Positions 16,762 to 25,329 of a stretch of DNA of 32,066 bases are shown piece after piece. Position numbers and translations under genes: made by a program. The notes beneath the pieces were generated by a model. That model was not told the DNA's origin. It ran no database searches and was given only the letters and a program-made list of their open reading frames with translations. This stretch comes from a bacterium (GTDB taxonomy: Bacteria; DUMJ01). Location: NCBI GenBank assembly GCA_049970495.1, contig JBMFMV010000014.1, positions 1 to 32,066 of the forward strand, written 5' to 3'. Numbering within the stretch: position 1 is the stretch's first letter; each line of letters opens with the position of its first letter.

Positions 16762-18015
16762 GTGAAAAAGGCCTTGATTGTTTTATTAGTGATGTTTTTT
16801 AGTGCTTTACCCATAATAGCGTACGGGAAAACAGTTATAGACTTTTGGAACCTTTTTACTGGACCAGACGGTCAAGTAATGGAAGAATTAGTAAAAGAGT
16901 TTAATGCATCCCAGAATGAAATTGAAGTGAGGATGCAGATACTCCCTTGGGGAGACCCATATTATAACAAGTTACTACTCTCTATTCAGACTGGAACTGC
17001 TCCTGATGTAGCTATATGTCATAGTTGGAATTTGCTTGTTTTTGCAAAGTATAATAGATTATTTCCGCTAAGTCCTAAAACTTTAGAGAAAGGTGGAGTC
17101 AATAAGGGGGATTTCTTAGAATACCCTCTTTTAGCAGGTAAATATAAAGGCGTGACATATGGACTTCCCCTTGATCTTCTCACTCTCGGTGTTTACTATA
17201 ATGTGGATCACTTTAAATCCGCTGGGCTTGATCCTAATAAGGTATTTTTAAGCAGAGATAACTTTATAGATGCCTCAAGAAAGTTAATAGTAAAGGATGA
17301 TAAAGGAGAGATAACTAGATGGGGGTTTGCTCCTATTAGCGGAGATCTATGGAGATATTGGTATTCTCTTTTATATCAGTTTGGTGGAACATTCTTAACT
17401 AAAGATAGCACTAAAGCCGCTTTTAATTCAGAAGCCGGTGTAAAGGCACTACAATTTTTTGTAGATATGCAAAACGCTGATCTTATTCCTCCAACAGCTA
17501 TTGATGCTGCTACCGCATTCCGCACTGGTAAATGTTCTATGACTATATCAGGGACTTGGATGAGACGTGGTTTTGAAGAGCAAAAAGATCTAAATTATAT
17601 GACAGCTCCATTTCCATTTATTGGACCTAAGAAAGCTGTTATGGGAGCTTCACATCTTCTTGTTCTTCCTAAGAAGAAAAGTAGGGATAAGATAGAAGCT
17701 GCAGGTAAATTTATAGAGTGGCTTACTACTAATCAGATTAAGTGGACTATGAATGCAGGGAATTGTCCGACCAGGAAATCCGTTATAAATAGCGAGACCT
17801 TTAAAAAGTCACAAAAGCATCAGGCATTTATTTTTCAAGCAAACTATTTAGCTTGGTTACCTCAGGTAGAACAGTTTCTACCTATACAGAGTAGGATGGG
17901 ACAAGAGATTAACGCAGTATATAATAGACAAAAAACTGTAGCTCAGGCTCTTAATGATCTAGAAGTATATGTAAATGATATTTTAACTAGACCTATAGGA
18001 GAAGTTGGAAGATAA
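16762..18015 (+). CDS. Carbohydrate ABC transporter solute-binding protein, copy b
   Basis: Close paralog of 10817-12073 (shares GKTVIDFWNLFTGPDGQ...LLLSIQTGTAPDVAICH and NDILTRPIGEVG). GTG start after AAAGGAGG. Confidence 0.93.
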   Translation: MKKALIVLLVMFFSALPIIAYGKTVIDFWNLFTGPDGQVMEELVKEFNASQNEIEVRMQILPWGDPYYNKLLLSIQTGTAPDVAICHSWNLLVFAKYNRLFPLSPKTLEKGGVNKGDFLEYPLLAGKYKGVTYGLPLDLLTLGVYYNVDHFKSAGLDPNKVFLSRDNFIDASRKLIVKDDKGEITRWGFAPISGDLWRYWYSLLYQFGGTFLTKDSTKAAFNSEAGVKALQFFVDMQNADLIPPTAIDAATAFRTGKCSMTISGTWMRRGFEEQKDLNYMTAPFPFIGPKKAVMGASHLLVLPKKKSRDKIEAAGKFIEWLTTNQIKWTMNAGNCPTRKSVINSETFKKSQKHQAFIFQANYLAWLPQVEQFLPIQSRMGQEINAVYNRQKTVAQALNDLEVYVNDILTRPIGEVGR

Positions 18016-18028
18016 TGTTCTGATTTTT

Positions 18029-18060
18029 AGGGGGAAGCCTTTTTACATAGGTTTCTCCCT
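18029..18060 (+). terminator. 12 bp stem-loop after SBPb
   Basis: AGGGGGAAGCCT-TTTTACAT-AGGTTTCTCCCT with two G-U pairs and a weak U-tract. Confidence 0.7.
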
Positions 18061-18113
18061 TCCAATTTCTAAAATAAAAAATAAACTTAGAGTTAAGAAG
18101 GAGGCAACTATTT

Positions 18114-19511
18114 ATGCGTAGACCTAACTTAGTTTATGTCTTTGCCGATCAATTAAGGTATGATGCATGCGGTTTTACAGGAAATAGTAAAGCCAAGACG
18201 CCTAATATTGATAAGCTAGCTAAAGAGGGAGTAACCCTTACTAACGCAGTTTCAGGACATCCAGTGTGTGCCCCCTATAGGGCGAGTTTGTTCACAGGCA
18301 AGTATACTACAAGTACTGGAATGGTGATAAATGAGCTTAGGATAAATCCAAATCATAGATGTTTTGCTCATATTTTAACTGAGAATGGGTATGAAACTGC
18401 ATATATAGGGAAGTGGCACTTATGGGCTAATCAATTAGGAAACCATTATGACCCTAAGAATTCCTTTGTTCCTCCAGGACCTTACAGACTTGGTTTTGAT
18501 GGTTTCTGGGCTGCGTATAATTTCCACCACGAGTATTATCAGGGGTACTATCATACTAATAGTCCTGAGAAGATTTTTATAGAAGGTTATGAACCTGATG
18601 GACAAACAAATATTGCTATAGAAGTTCTTAGAAATTATTCTTCATCTGGTAAACCATTTGCTTTATTTTTATCATATGGCACTCCCCATGATCCTTGGTC
18701 TTATGATAATGTACCTAAAGAATATCTTGAGATGTTTAAGGATGTTGAGTTTACTTTATCCCCAAACTATAAGGAGGAGAACGATCCTTACGCCGACGCT
18801 TGGGGAAGACTTGCTTCATGGGAACGAGAGATGCTACCTGAATGGATTAAAGTATACTATGCTATGGTTGCAAATTTAGATTGGAACCTAGGTAGATTAT
18901 TGAAGGCTATAGACGAGTTAGGATTAAGAGGTAATACTATCTTTGTATTTACATCTGATCATGGAGAAATGTTTGGGGCTCATGGTAGAAGGGCAAAGAA
19001 CATCTTTTATGATGAAGCTGTTAGAGTCCCGTTCATAATTCGCTGGCCTCAGAAACTTCCTTCAGGTTATATTAGTGATGTATGTCTTAACACTCCAGAT
19101 ATTATGCCGACTCTGTTATCTCTAATGAACCTTCCAATACCTGAAGAGGTAGAAGGTATGAATTTAGCGCATTGTATTCTTGGAGAAGAAGGTCCTGAGC
19201 CTGAGGCTGCATTTATGATGGGTACTGGTGCTGTTGCGGATTGGGAAGACGGACATGAATGGCGAGCTTTAAGGAACAAACGTTATACCTATGCAGTATA
19301 TCGGGTCGATGGTAAAGAGTTCTTATTTGACAACGTAGAGGATCCTTATCAAATGAGGAATCTAGTTGAAGATTTGAGATATAGGGATATACTAGATTAT
19401 TTTAGAGATTTATTAAAAAAGAGGATGGAAGAGCTAGGAGATACTTTTGAGGCTTCTACTTGGTATAGAGATAATTGGACAAAAGATCGTATAATACTGA
19501 TACCTAAATAG
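18114..19511 (+). CDS. Cys-type formylglycine-dependent sulfatase (family S1), cytoplasmic
   Basis: RPNLVYVFADQ, CAPYRASLFTG (CXPXR), YIGKWHL, TPHDP, FTSDHGE, DPYQMRNL; no signal peptide. Confidence 0.93.
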   Translation: MRRPNLVYVFADQLRYDACGFTGNSKAKTPNIDKLAKEGVTLTNAVSGHPVCAPYRASLFTGKYTTSTGMVINELRINPNHRCFAHILTENGYETAYIGKWHLWANQLGNHYDPKNSFVPPGPYRLGFDGFWAAYNFHHEYYQGYYHTNSPEKIFIEGYEPDGQTNIAIEVLRNYSSSGKPFALFLSYGTPHDPWSYDNVPKEYLEMFKDVEFTLSPNYKEENDPYADAWGRLASWEREMLPEWIKVYYAMVANLDWNLGRLLKAIDELGLRGNTIFVFTSDHGEMFGAHGRRAKNIFYDEAVRVPFIIRWPQKLPSGYISDVCLNTPDIMPTLLSLMNLPIPEEVEGMNLAHCILGEEGPEPEAAFMMGTGAVADWEDGHEWRALRNKRYTYAVYRVDGKEFLFDNVEDPYQMRNLVEDLRYRDILDYFRDLLKKRMEELGDTFEASTWYRDNWTKDRIILIPK

Positions 19512-19725
19512 AGATTAGGTCTGTATCTAGGAATTTTCGAGCAATATCTAACCTCTCTCGAGGTATATAATCTCCTGAACTGATAACCCCCTTTTCCCTT
19601 TTTGCTGTAATATGGCTTCTTTTATTATCTTTAAACTCCTACTGAATAAAGTATAGGGGGTGTGAGTAAGAGTTTCTAGAATTTCTAAAAATTTACAGTT
19701 TTTTAAACTATGAAGTAAAGTAATA

Positions 19726-19734
19726 TGTTATAAT
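19726..19734 (+). promoter_or_regulatory. Extended -10 promoter (TG-T-TATAAT) for the MNT-HEPN pair
   Basis: TGTTATAAT ends 17 nt before the ATG at 19752; SD GAGGA lies between. Confidence 0.55.
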
Positions 19735-19751
19735 TTCTTTAGAGGAACCTT

Positions 19752-20132
19752 ATGAAGACTTATTATATTGAACAGTATGTATCTGCATGGAAAAAGAGAC
19801 TAGAGCTTGAAAGAGAAAAGGAGAAGGTATTGGCTAGGAAAGCTCTAGATACTGCCTATTATCTTACTAAAGTCTTAGTTGATAAGTATGAGGTAAAAAG
19901 GGTATATCTTTTTGGTTCTTTGGCTCTTTATTTAAAGGGTTTAAAAGTATTTAAGCTTACCTCCGATATAGACCTTGCAGTTGAGCCAATCCCTAAAGAT
20001 AAGTACTTTCATATACTAGCTGAGATAAATAGGTTGAGCGAGTTCGAAGTAGATATAATAGACCTCAAAGATTGTCCTGAAACACTGAAGGACTCTATTT
20101 TAAGAAACGGGGTTATATTGTATGAAGAATAG
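19752..20132 (+). CDS. Minimal nucleotidyltransferase (MNT / MntA-like antitoxin)
   Basis: VYLFGSLA...SDIDLAV...VDIIDL Pol-beta NTase motifs; 126 aa; overlaps the downstream HEPN gene. Confidence 0.88.
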   Translation: MKTYYIEQYVSAWKKRLELEREKEKVLARKALDTAYYLTKVLVDKYEVKRVYLFGSLALYLKGLKVFKLTSDIDLAVEPIPKDKYFHILAEINRLSEFEVDIIDLKDCPETLKDSILRNGVILYEE

Positions 20133-20619
20133 AGAAGAAATTTTATCAACTATAGCTGAAATAGATAATCTACTTAAGTCTTTGGATATAATTTTAAATG
20201 AAGCGGTAGAGAAACGTATGGAATTCTCTTATAGAAAACCAGATAGGTTCTCTTTAAGAGCCTTAGGAAGTCTTATCCATGATTTTTATACAAATATTGA
20301 AGATATATTTGAATTGATAAGTAGCGATATAAACGGTAATAAAATTCCTGATAGCTTTGATTGGCATAAAAGGCTCCTGACTAGGATGTCTATATCTATT
20401 CCAAATGTTCGCCCTTCAGTAATCTCTATAGAACTTAAAAATCAACTTGAGGAATATTTGAGATTTAGACATATTTTTAGGAATGTTTATGGTTATCTTT
20501 TAGATTGGGAAAGAATGAAACCATTGTTTGATAACCTAGAAAATACTTATAAGTCCTTTAGAAAAGAGATAGAGGATTTTAAAAGATTCCTATTAGAAGT
20601 TGCTTATAAAATGGAATAA
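20122..20619 (+). CDS. HEPN-domain protein (HepT-like RNase toxin)
   Basis: LIHDFYTNIEDIF, WHKRLL, RPSVIS, YLRFRHIFRNVYG; helical 165 aa protein coupled to an MNT gene. Confidence 0.82.
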   Translation: MKNREEILSTIAEIDNLLKSLDIILNEAVEKRMEFSYRKPDRFSLRALGSLIHDFYTNIEDIFELISSDINGNKIPDSFDWHKRLLTRMSISIPNVRPSVISIELKNQLEEYLRFRHIFRNVYGYLLDWERMKPLFDNLENTYKSFRKEIEDFKRFLLEVAYKME

Positions 20620-20622
20620 GCT

Positions 20623-20847
20623 ATGAGAAAACCACATCGTCCTAGGCTTCATTTCACCCCTCCAAAAGGGTGGATGAATGATCCAAATGGTTTGGTTTAT
20701 GTGGATGGTTTTTATCATCTATTCTATCAGTATCATCCTTTTTCTACTGTTTGGGGACCGATGCATTGGAGACATGCTATAAGCAGAGACTTAATAAATT
20801 GGACACACCTTAGAGAAATCCTAATAATGGTTTATATGGATTATTAG
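20623..20847 (+). pseudogene. Truncated GH32 (levanase/sucrase) N-terminal fragment
   Basis: [18 protein letters not shown]...YHLFYQYHP...[17 protein letters not shown] is the GH32 N-terminus. Homology ends after about 63 aa near position 20810; the RDP and EC motifs are absent. Confidence 0.88.
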
Positions 20848-21274
20848 CTTCTGGAGGAATTATTGAATAATTACCCTTTAAGACCTTTTCTGCCAGCCAT
20901 TTACACCAAGGCTCTATTGGTTCTTCAAAAATTTCTATATCTTTTAATGATAAGTAGGCAACTCTATCTACTTCAACCCCATCAGGCTTAGGATTATCAC
21001 TTAGAGGTCTGCAGAGAAATATAATTCCTATCCATCCCTTCTCCGGAAGATTCTGAATTCCTATAAGTCCTTTCACTTCAACATCAATATTACTTTCCTC
21101 TTTTGTCTCCCTTACAATTGCCTCTTCTGGATATTCATCTTCTTCTACTGTTCCCCATGGTATACTCCACTGTCCCTCTAAGGGATGGCCCTTTGCCTGC
21201 CTTACAAATAAAATTTTGTCATCCTTTAAAACTATACTCCCTACACACACCATCTTTCTTATAATCTTCTTCAA
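20810..21274 (-). CDS. Nudix hydrolase
   Basis: Nudix box [23 protein letters not shown]. Confidence 0.88.
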   Translation of the reverse strand: MKKIIRKMVCVGSIVLKDDKILFVRQAKGHPLEGQWSIPWGTVEEDEYPEEAIVRETKEESNIDVEVKGLIGIQNLPEKGWIGIIFLCRPLSDNPKPDGVEVDRVAYLSLKDIEIFEEPIEPWCKWLAEKVLKGNYSIIPPEANNPYKPLLGFL

Positions 21275-21287
21275 ATATCAATAGTCT

Positions 21288-22133
21288 TTATGCCTTAGCT
21301 TTTTTGATCGCCGGTATAGAATATCTTAGAGTAACGGAGGCTAATATTATTGCACCGCCTATAAAAGCCCATTTCCCTGGAGCTTCTCCTATAGCTAGGA
21401 AGACCCATATTGGATTTAGTATGGGTTCAATGATAGGTATTAATATCGCTTCTAATGCAGTAACTTCCTTTATTGCTATGGAATAGAGTATATAGGATAG
21501 ACCTAGCTGGACAGTCCCAAGTAGTATTATTCCTATCCAGCTAGACCCTGTTGGACTAGAACTAAGCATAAACGGTAATCCAATTATTGCCGTTAGAATA
21601 TTCCCTAGGAGTGTAGATTCTATTGGAGATTCGTCTTTTTGTTTTCTCATAAAGATTATATATAGTGCAAATGCTACTCCGCTTAGTATAGCTACAATAT
21701 TCCCTAGCAAACTTCCAGGCTGTAGTTTATCAAGAAAGAAAAGAAACATACCAAAGATTACAACTGCAATTGTTATCCAATCAGATATTGTTGCCTTTTC
21801 TTTTAGGATAATAGAACCAAGTATCGCTACATATATAGGTGCTCCATATTGTAGAAGTATTGCATTCGCCGCTGTTGTAAGTTTGTTTGCAGTGACAAAT
21901 AGTATAACAGTCCCTGCATAAAAGATGGCTGCCAATACTTGATCAGAAGACCAGGTAAATTTGGGTTTTCTTATGTATGCCAGTATAAGTAGAGATGATA
22001 TAGCACTTCTAGCTCCAGCTATGGCTATGGGATTCCACCTAACAGACTTTATAAGTACCCCACCTAAACTCCAAAGTACTGCAGTTATTATTAGATATAT
22101 AATGGCCTTAGTTCTCTTTTCCATCTTATTCAA
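21288..22133 (-). CDS. DMT/EamA family transporter
   Basis: LWSLGG, AANAILLQYGAP, IEPILNPIWV and about 10 TM segments. The true start may be ATG 22124, directly after the nanE stop. Confidence 0.88.
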   Translation of the reverse strand: MNKMEKRTKAIIYLIITAVLWSLGGVLIKSVRWNPIAIAGARSAISSLLILAYIRKPKFTWSSDQVLAAIFYAGTVILFVTANKLTTAANAILLQYGAPIYVAILGSIILKEKATISDWITIAVVIFGMFLFFLDKLQPGSLLGNIVAILSGVAFALYIIFMRKQKDESPIESTLLGNILTAIIGLPFMLSSSPTGSSWIGIILLGTVQLGLSYILYSIAIKEVTALEAILIPIIEPILNPIWVFLAIGEAPGKWAFIGGAIILASVTLRYSIPAIKKAKA

Positions 22134-22821
22134 AGAATGGAAGTCCTTTCATACCAAGGACAAATCTTTTAGCAATAAGTTGTGGTCTTGTTATAGCAGA
22201 ACCAACTACTATTGCATAGGCTCCAAGATCTAAGGCATATCTAGCCTCTTCTGGCCTCCATATGTTACCTTCCATAATCACGGGGATAGGAATTTCTTTT
22301 ACCAGAGCTTTTAAGAGATCAAAATTCGGCCTCTTGGCATTTTTTGTATACTCTGTGTATCCTGAGAGAGTTGTACTTATCAAATCTGCTCCAGCTTGGT
22401 ATGCTAAAATCCCCTCTTCTAGGTTAGATATATCCGCCATAAGTATTGTGTCAAAACGTCTCTTTATCTCTCTTACAAACTCGTCCCCTAGGAATCCTTC
22501 TGGATGTAGCCTTTTTGTTGCGTCTACTGCTACTATATCTGCTCCAGCTTCTATCACCATTTCTACATGTCTTAGTGTGGAGGTAATATAAGGTTCGTAT
22601 CCTTGTATAGTTTCCTTGTATATACCTATTATGGGCAGAGAAACTGTTTCTTTTATAGCTTTTATATCCTCTATTCCATTTGCCCTTATTCCTACCGCCC
22701 CCGCCTCGAAACTAGCCTTAGCAAATGCAACCATTATGTTTGGACCATACATAGCATCGCCAGGATAAGCCTGGCAAGAAACTATAAGTCCACCCTTTAG
22801 TTTTTCTATAATTTCGTTCAT
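22126..22821 (-). CDS. nanE: N-acetylmannosamine-6-phosphate 2-epimerase
   Basis: GLIVSCQA, GAVGIRANG, LPIIGIYK, MADIS, TTLSGYT, EGNI, VVGSAITRP. Confidence 0.93.
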   Translation of the reverse strand: MNEIIEKLKGGLIVSCQAYPGDAMYGPNIMVAFAKASFEAGAVGIRANGIEDIKAIKETVSLPIIGIYKETIQGYEPYITSTLRHVEMVIEAGADIVAVDATKRLHPEGFLGDEFVREIKRRFDTILMADISNLEEGILAYQAGADLISTTLSGYTEYTKNAKRPNFDLLKALVKEIPIPVIMEGNIWRPEEARYALDLGAYAIVVGSAITRPQLIAKRFVLGMKGLPFFE

Positions 22822-22824
22822 ATA

Positions 22825-23667
22825 CTATCCGAGAGTCTCTAAGATCTTTTTTGTATTTTTTATGCTTTGTTCTACACCATATTTAGGATCTTCAGGTCCT
22901 TCATATTCAAGAGATAGATATCCTTTGTATCCTAAATTGTGGAGTATCTTTAGCACCTCTAGTAGATTTACTTCCCCTTCTCCAGCTACAGTTCCTATAA
23001 GTCTTACCCCCTCTAGCCCTCTATAAGCTTCTCCCTCGTAGTCTGGGGAAACTCTCTTAAAGTCTTTAAGATGTACATGAGCAGCAACATCTGCTAGGTT
23101 TTTTACCGCATCGACAGAACTTTCACCAACAAGTAGGAAATTACCTATATCTATAGTAGATCTAAGATATTTAGAACCTACCAATTCTATTATCTCCCTT
23201 ACCTGGTTACTTTTGCCCGCTAAAAGCCCGTGATTTTCTAATGCTAGTACCACATTATGCTTTTCGGCATACTTTACCCCTTCTTTGAGACCTTCTATTA
23301 TCCACCCCTTTGCCTGTTCATATGTAAATGGTGGCTTTAGGTCTCCGCTAAAGACTCTTACTATTTTACTATTAAACTCAACAGCCATATCTACTCCAAC
23401 CTTTATTTTGTCTACCTCCAAAGATCTCTCTTCTTTAGTCTCCTTGACAAAGTTGTTACTCACCGCATATGCCGCTACTTCTAGTCCATACTTAGCTAAG
23501 GCTTCTTTTACTTTAGATAACTCTTTCTCTTTGTCTTTCCAGAAAAACTCCAGAAGTTCAACTCCCTCTATCCCTAAACTTCCTATATACTCTACAAATC
23601 CTAATGTATCCATCTCACCTTTTCTGTAGAGTTTATGTAGACTCCACATGCTAACTCCTAATTTCAT
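22825..23667 (-). CDS. Sugar phosphate isomerase/epimerase (xylose isomerase-like TIM barrel)
   Basis: GVEL, LALENHG, DIGNF, HVHLKD, GEGEV, LSLEYEG. Start moved to ATG 23667 (MKLGVS), which follows SD AAGGAGG. Confidence 0.88.
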   Translation of the reverse strand: MKLGVSMWSLHKLYRKGEMDTLGFVEYIGSLGIEGVELLEFFWKDKEKELSKVKEALAKYGLEVAAYAVSNNFVKETKEERSLEVDKIKVGVDMAVEFNSKIVRVFSGDLKPPFTYEQAKGWIIEGLKEGVKYAEKHNVVLALENHGLLAGKSNQVREIIELVGSKYLRSTIDIGNFLLVGESSVDAVKNLADVAAHVHLKDFKRVSPDYEGEAYRGLEGVRLIGTVAGEGEVNLLEVLKILHNLGYKGYLSLEYEGPEDPKYGVEQSIKNTKKILETLG

Positions 23668-23689
23668 TCTTCTTTCCTCCTTTTTTAGT

Positions 23690-24418
23690 CTACTTTTCTC
23701 CCCAAAGCATGGTAAATCTTGATACACACGGAATAGGACCTTTTTTTAAATCCTCCTCCATCCTTTCTATCCCCTTTTTAAATGCCTCTTCGCTTATTAG
23801 ATTTAATGATGAGAAAGACTTTTCTCTATATGCGCTTATATCTATTAGATAGTAATAATATTCAGTCATTTCTTCCTCAATATTATAAAATCCTACCTCT
23901 TTCATTATGCTTTTCAATTTCTCTATAGATGGGTACCTTTTTAAGTCTACCTCTAGTGTCTCTGGGAAATACCATGTAAGTGGTCTTCGATTACGGAGTA
24001 TCCATTCTGAATCAGTAACTGTTACAATCCTTCCACCACACTTTAATACCCTGTATGCTTCTTCATAATAAACTCTATGGTCCTCTATGTGATGTATTAC
24101 ATTTACGGAGAAGACAAAGTCAAAAAACTCATTAGGGAAATCTAATCTAGTTGCATCAGAGAGTTTAAAATTTACTCTATCTGTTCTAGATTTTGCAATT
24201 GAAAGCATCTCTTCTGAGATATCTATTCCCCAGGCTTGACAATTTGTCAAAGAATTCAGAGCAATTATATAATTACCAGTGCCGCATCCTATCTCTAACA
24301 CCTTTGTGTTTTTATCTATACTCTTCAAAAGGCTTCTTAAAACCCCAGGATGTACCTCTCTATATCTGGCATACTGTCTAACTATTCTGTCGAAACTAAA
24401 ACTTCCCTCTAGTCTCAT
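23690..24418 (-). CDS. Class I SAM-dependent methyltransferase
   Basis: VLEIGCGTG, GIDISEEML, DATRLDF, FDFV, RVLKCGG. Confidence 0.9.
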   Translation of the reverse strand: MRLEGSFSFDRIVRQYARYREVHPGVLRSLLKSIDKNTKVLEIGCGTGNYIIALNSLTNCQAWGIDISEEMLSIAKSRTDRVNFKLSDATRLDFPNEFFDFVFSVNVIHHIEDHRVYYEEAYRVLKCGGRIVTVTDSEWILRNRRPLTWYFPETLEVDLKRYPSIEKLKSIMKEVGFYNIEEEMTEYYYYLIDISAYREKSFSSLNLISEEAFKKGIERMEEDLKKGPIPCVSRFTMLWGEK

Positions 24419-24454
24419 TCATTTTTGCTTTTTAATACTTTTTTAATACTTTTG

Positions 24455-24467
24455 TGTTATTATATCA
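24455..24467. promoter_or_regulatory. Overlapping extended -10 elements on opposite strands (methyltransferase operon and nfnAB)
   Basis: Minus strand TGATATAAT (24467-24459); plus strand TGTTATTAT (24455-24463). Confidence 0.45.
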
Positions 24468-24501
24468 TAAATTAGAGTAAAACAAGGGATTGTGAGGGAA
24501 T

Positions 24502-25329
24502 ATGTATAAGATAGTAGATAAGAAGAGACTTTCGAATAATGTCGTTCAGATGACTATAGAGGCACCTTTAGTTGCTAGGTCCATAAGGCCGGGACAGTTT
24601 ATAATTATTATGGTCCATGAGAAGGGGGAAAGAATTCCTTTAACAGTTGTTGACTCTGAGAGAGAGAAAGGCTTGATCACTATTGTAGTTCAAGAGGTAG
24701 GTAAGACTACGAAACTTTTGGGTAAAAAGGAAATTGGAGATGAACTTTTTGCTGTAATGGGACCAAATGGAAACCCTTTTCCAGTTAAACTTTATGGTAA
24801 TGTTATTCTAGTAGCCGGTGGAGTAGGCGTTGCAGAGATAGTTCCAATAGCAAAGGCATTAAAAGTTGCCGGAAATCATATTATTACTATAGTTGGAGCT
24901 AGGACTAAAGAACTTTTATTCTTCACCGATGTGCTAGGTTCTATAAGTGAAAGTCTATATGTAACTACCGATGATGGTTCTTATGGGATAAAGGGTTTAG
25001 TTACGCTACCTCTCAAGAATTTGCTTGATACCACATCTATAGATATGGTTTTGGCTGTAGGTCCTACAATAATGATGAAAGCTGTAGCAGACCTAACTAG
25101 AGGGTACAGCGTAAAGACCTATGTAAGTCTTAACCCTATTATGATCGACGGAACAGGAATGTGTGGAGGATGTAGAGTAACTGTAGATGGAAAGACTAGA
25201 TTTGTCTGTGTTGATGGACCTGAATTTGATGGACATTTGGTTGATTTTGACGAGCTTATGATGAGGCAGAAGACTTACGTTGAACAGGAAAAGTTAGCTC
25301 TTAAGCTCTTGGAGGAAAAAGATGCCTAG
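24502..25329 (+). CDS. nfnA: NADH-dependent reduced ferredoxin:NADP+ oxidoreductase small subunit (NfnA/SudB-like)
   Basis: PGQF, GERIPLT, AGGVG, TDDGSYG, IMIDGTGMCGGCRV...VCVDGPEF [2Fe-2S] motif. Confidence 0.9.
   Translation: MYKIVDKKRLSNNVVQMTIEAPLVARSIRPGQFIIIMVHEKGERIPLTVVDSEREKGLITIVVQEVGKTTKLLGKKEIGDELFAVMGPNGNPFPVKLYGNVILVAGGVGVAEIVPIAKALKVAGNHIITIVGARTKELLFFTDVLGSISESLYVTTDDGSYGIKGLVTLPLKNLLDTTSIDMVLAVGPTIMMKAVADLTRGYSVKTYVSLNPIMIDGTGMCGGCRVTVDGKTRFVCVDGPEFDGHLVDFDELMMRQKTYVEQEKLALKLLEEKDA

Noticed and set aside
24452..24470. Rex operator upstream of nfnA (TTGTG-N9-CATAA)
   Set aside because: Rex sites are TTGTG-N8-CACAA. The spacing is off by one and the sequence is explained by overlapping -10 elements.
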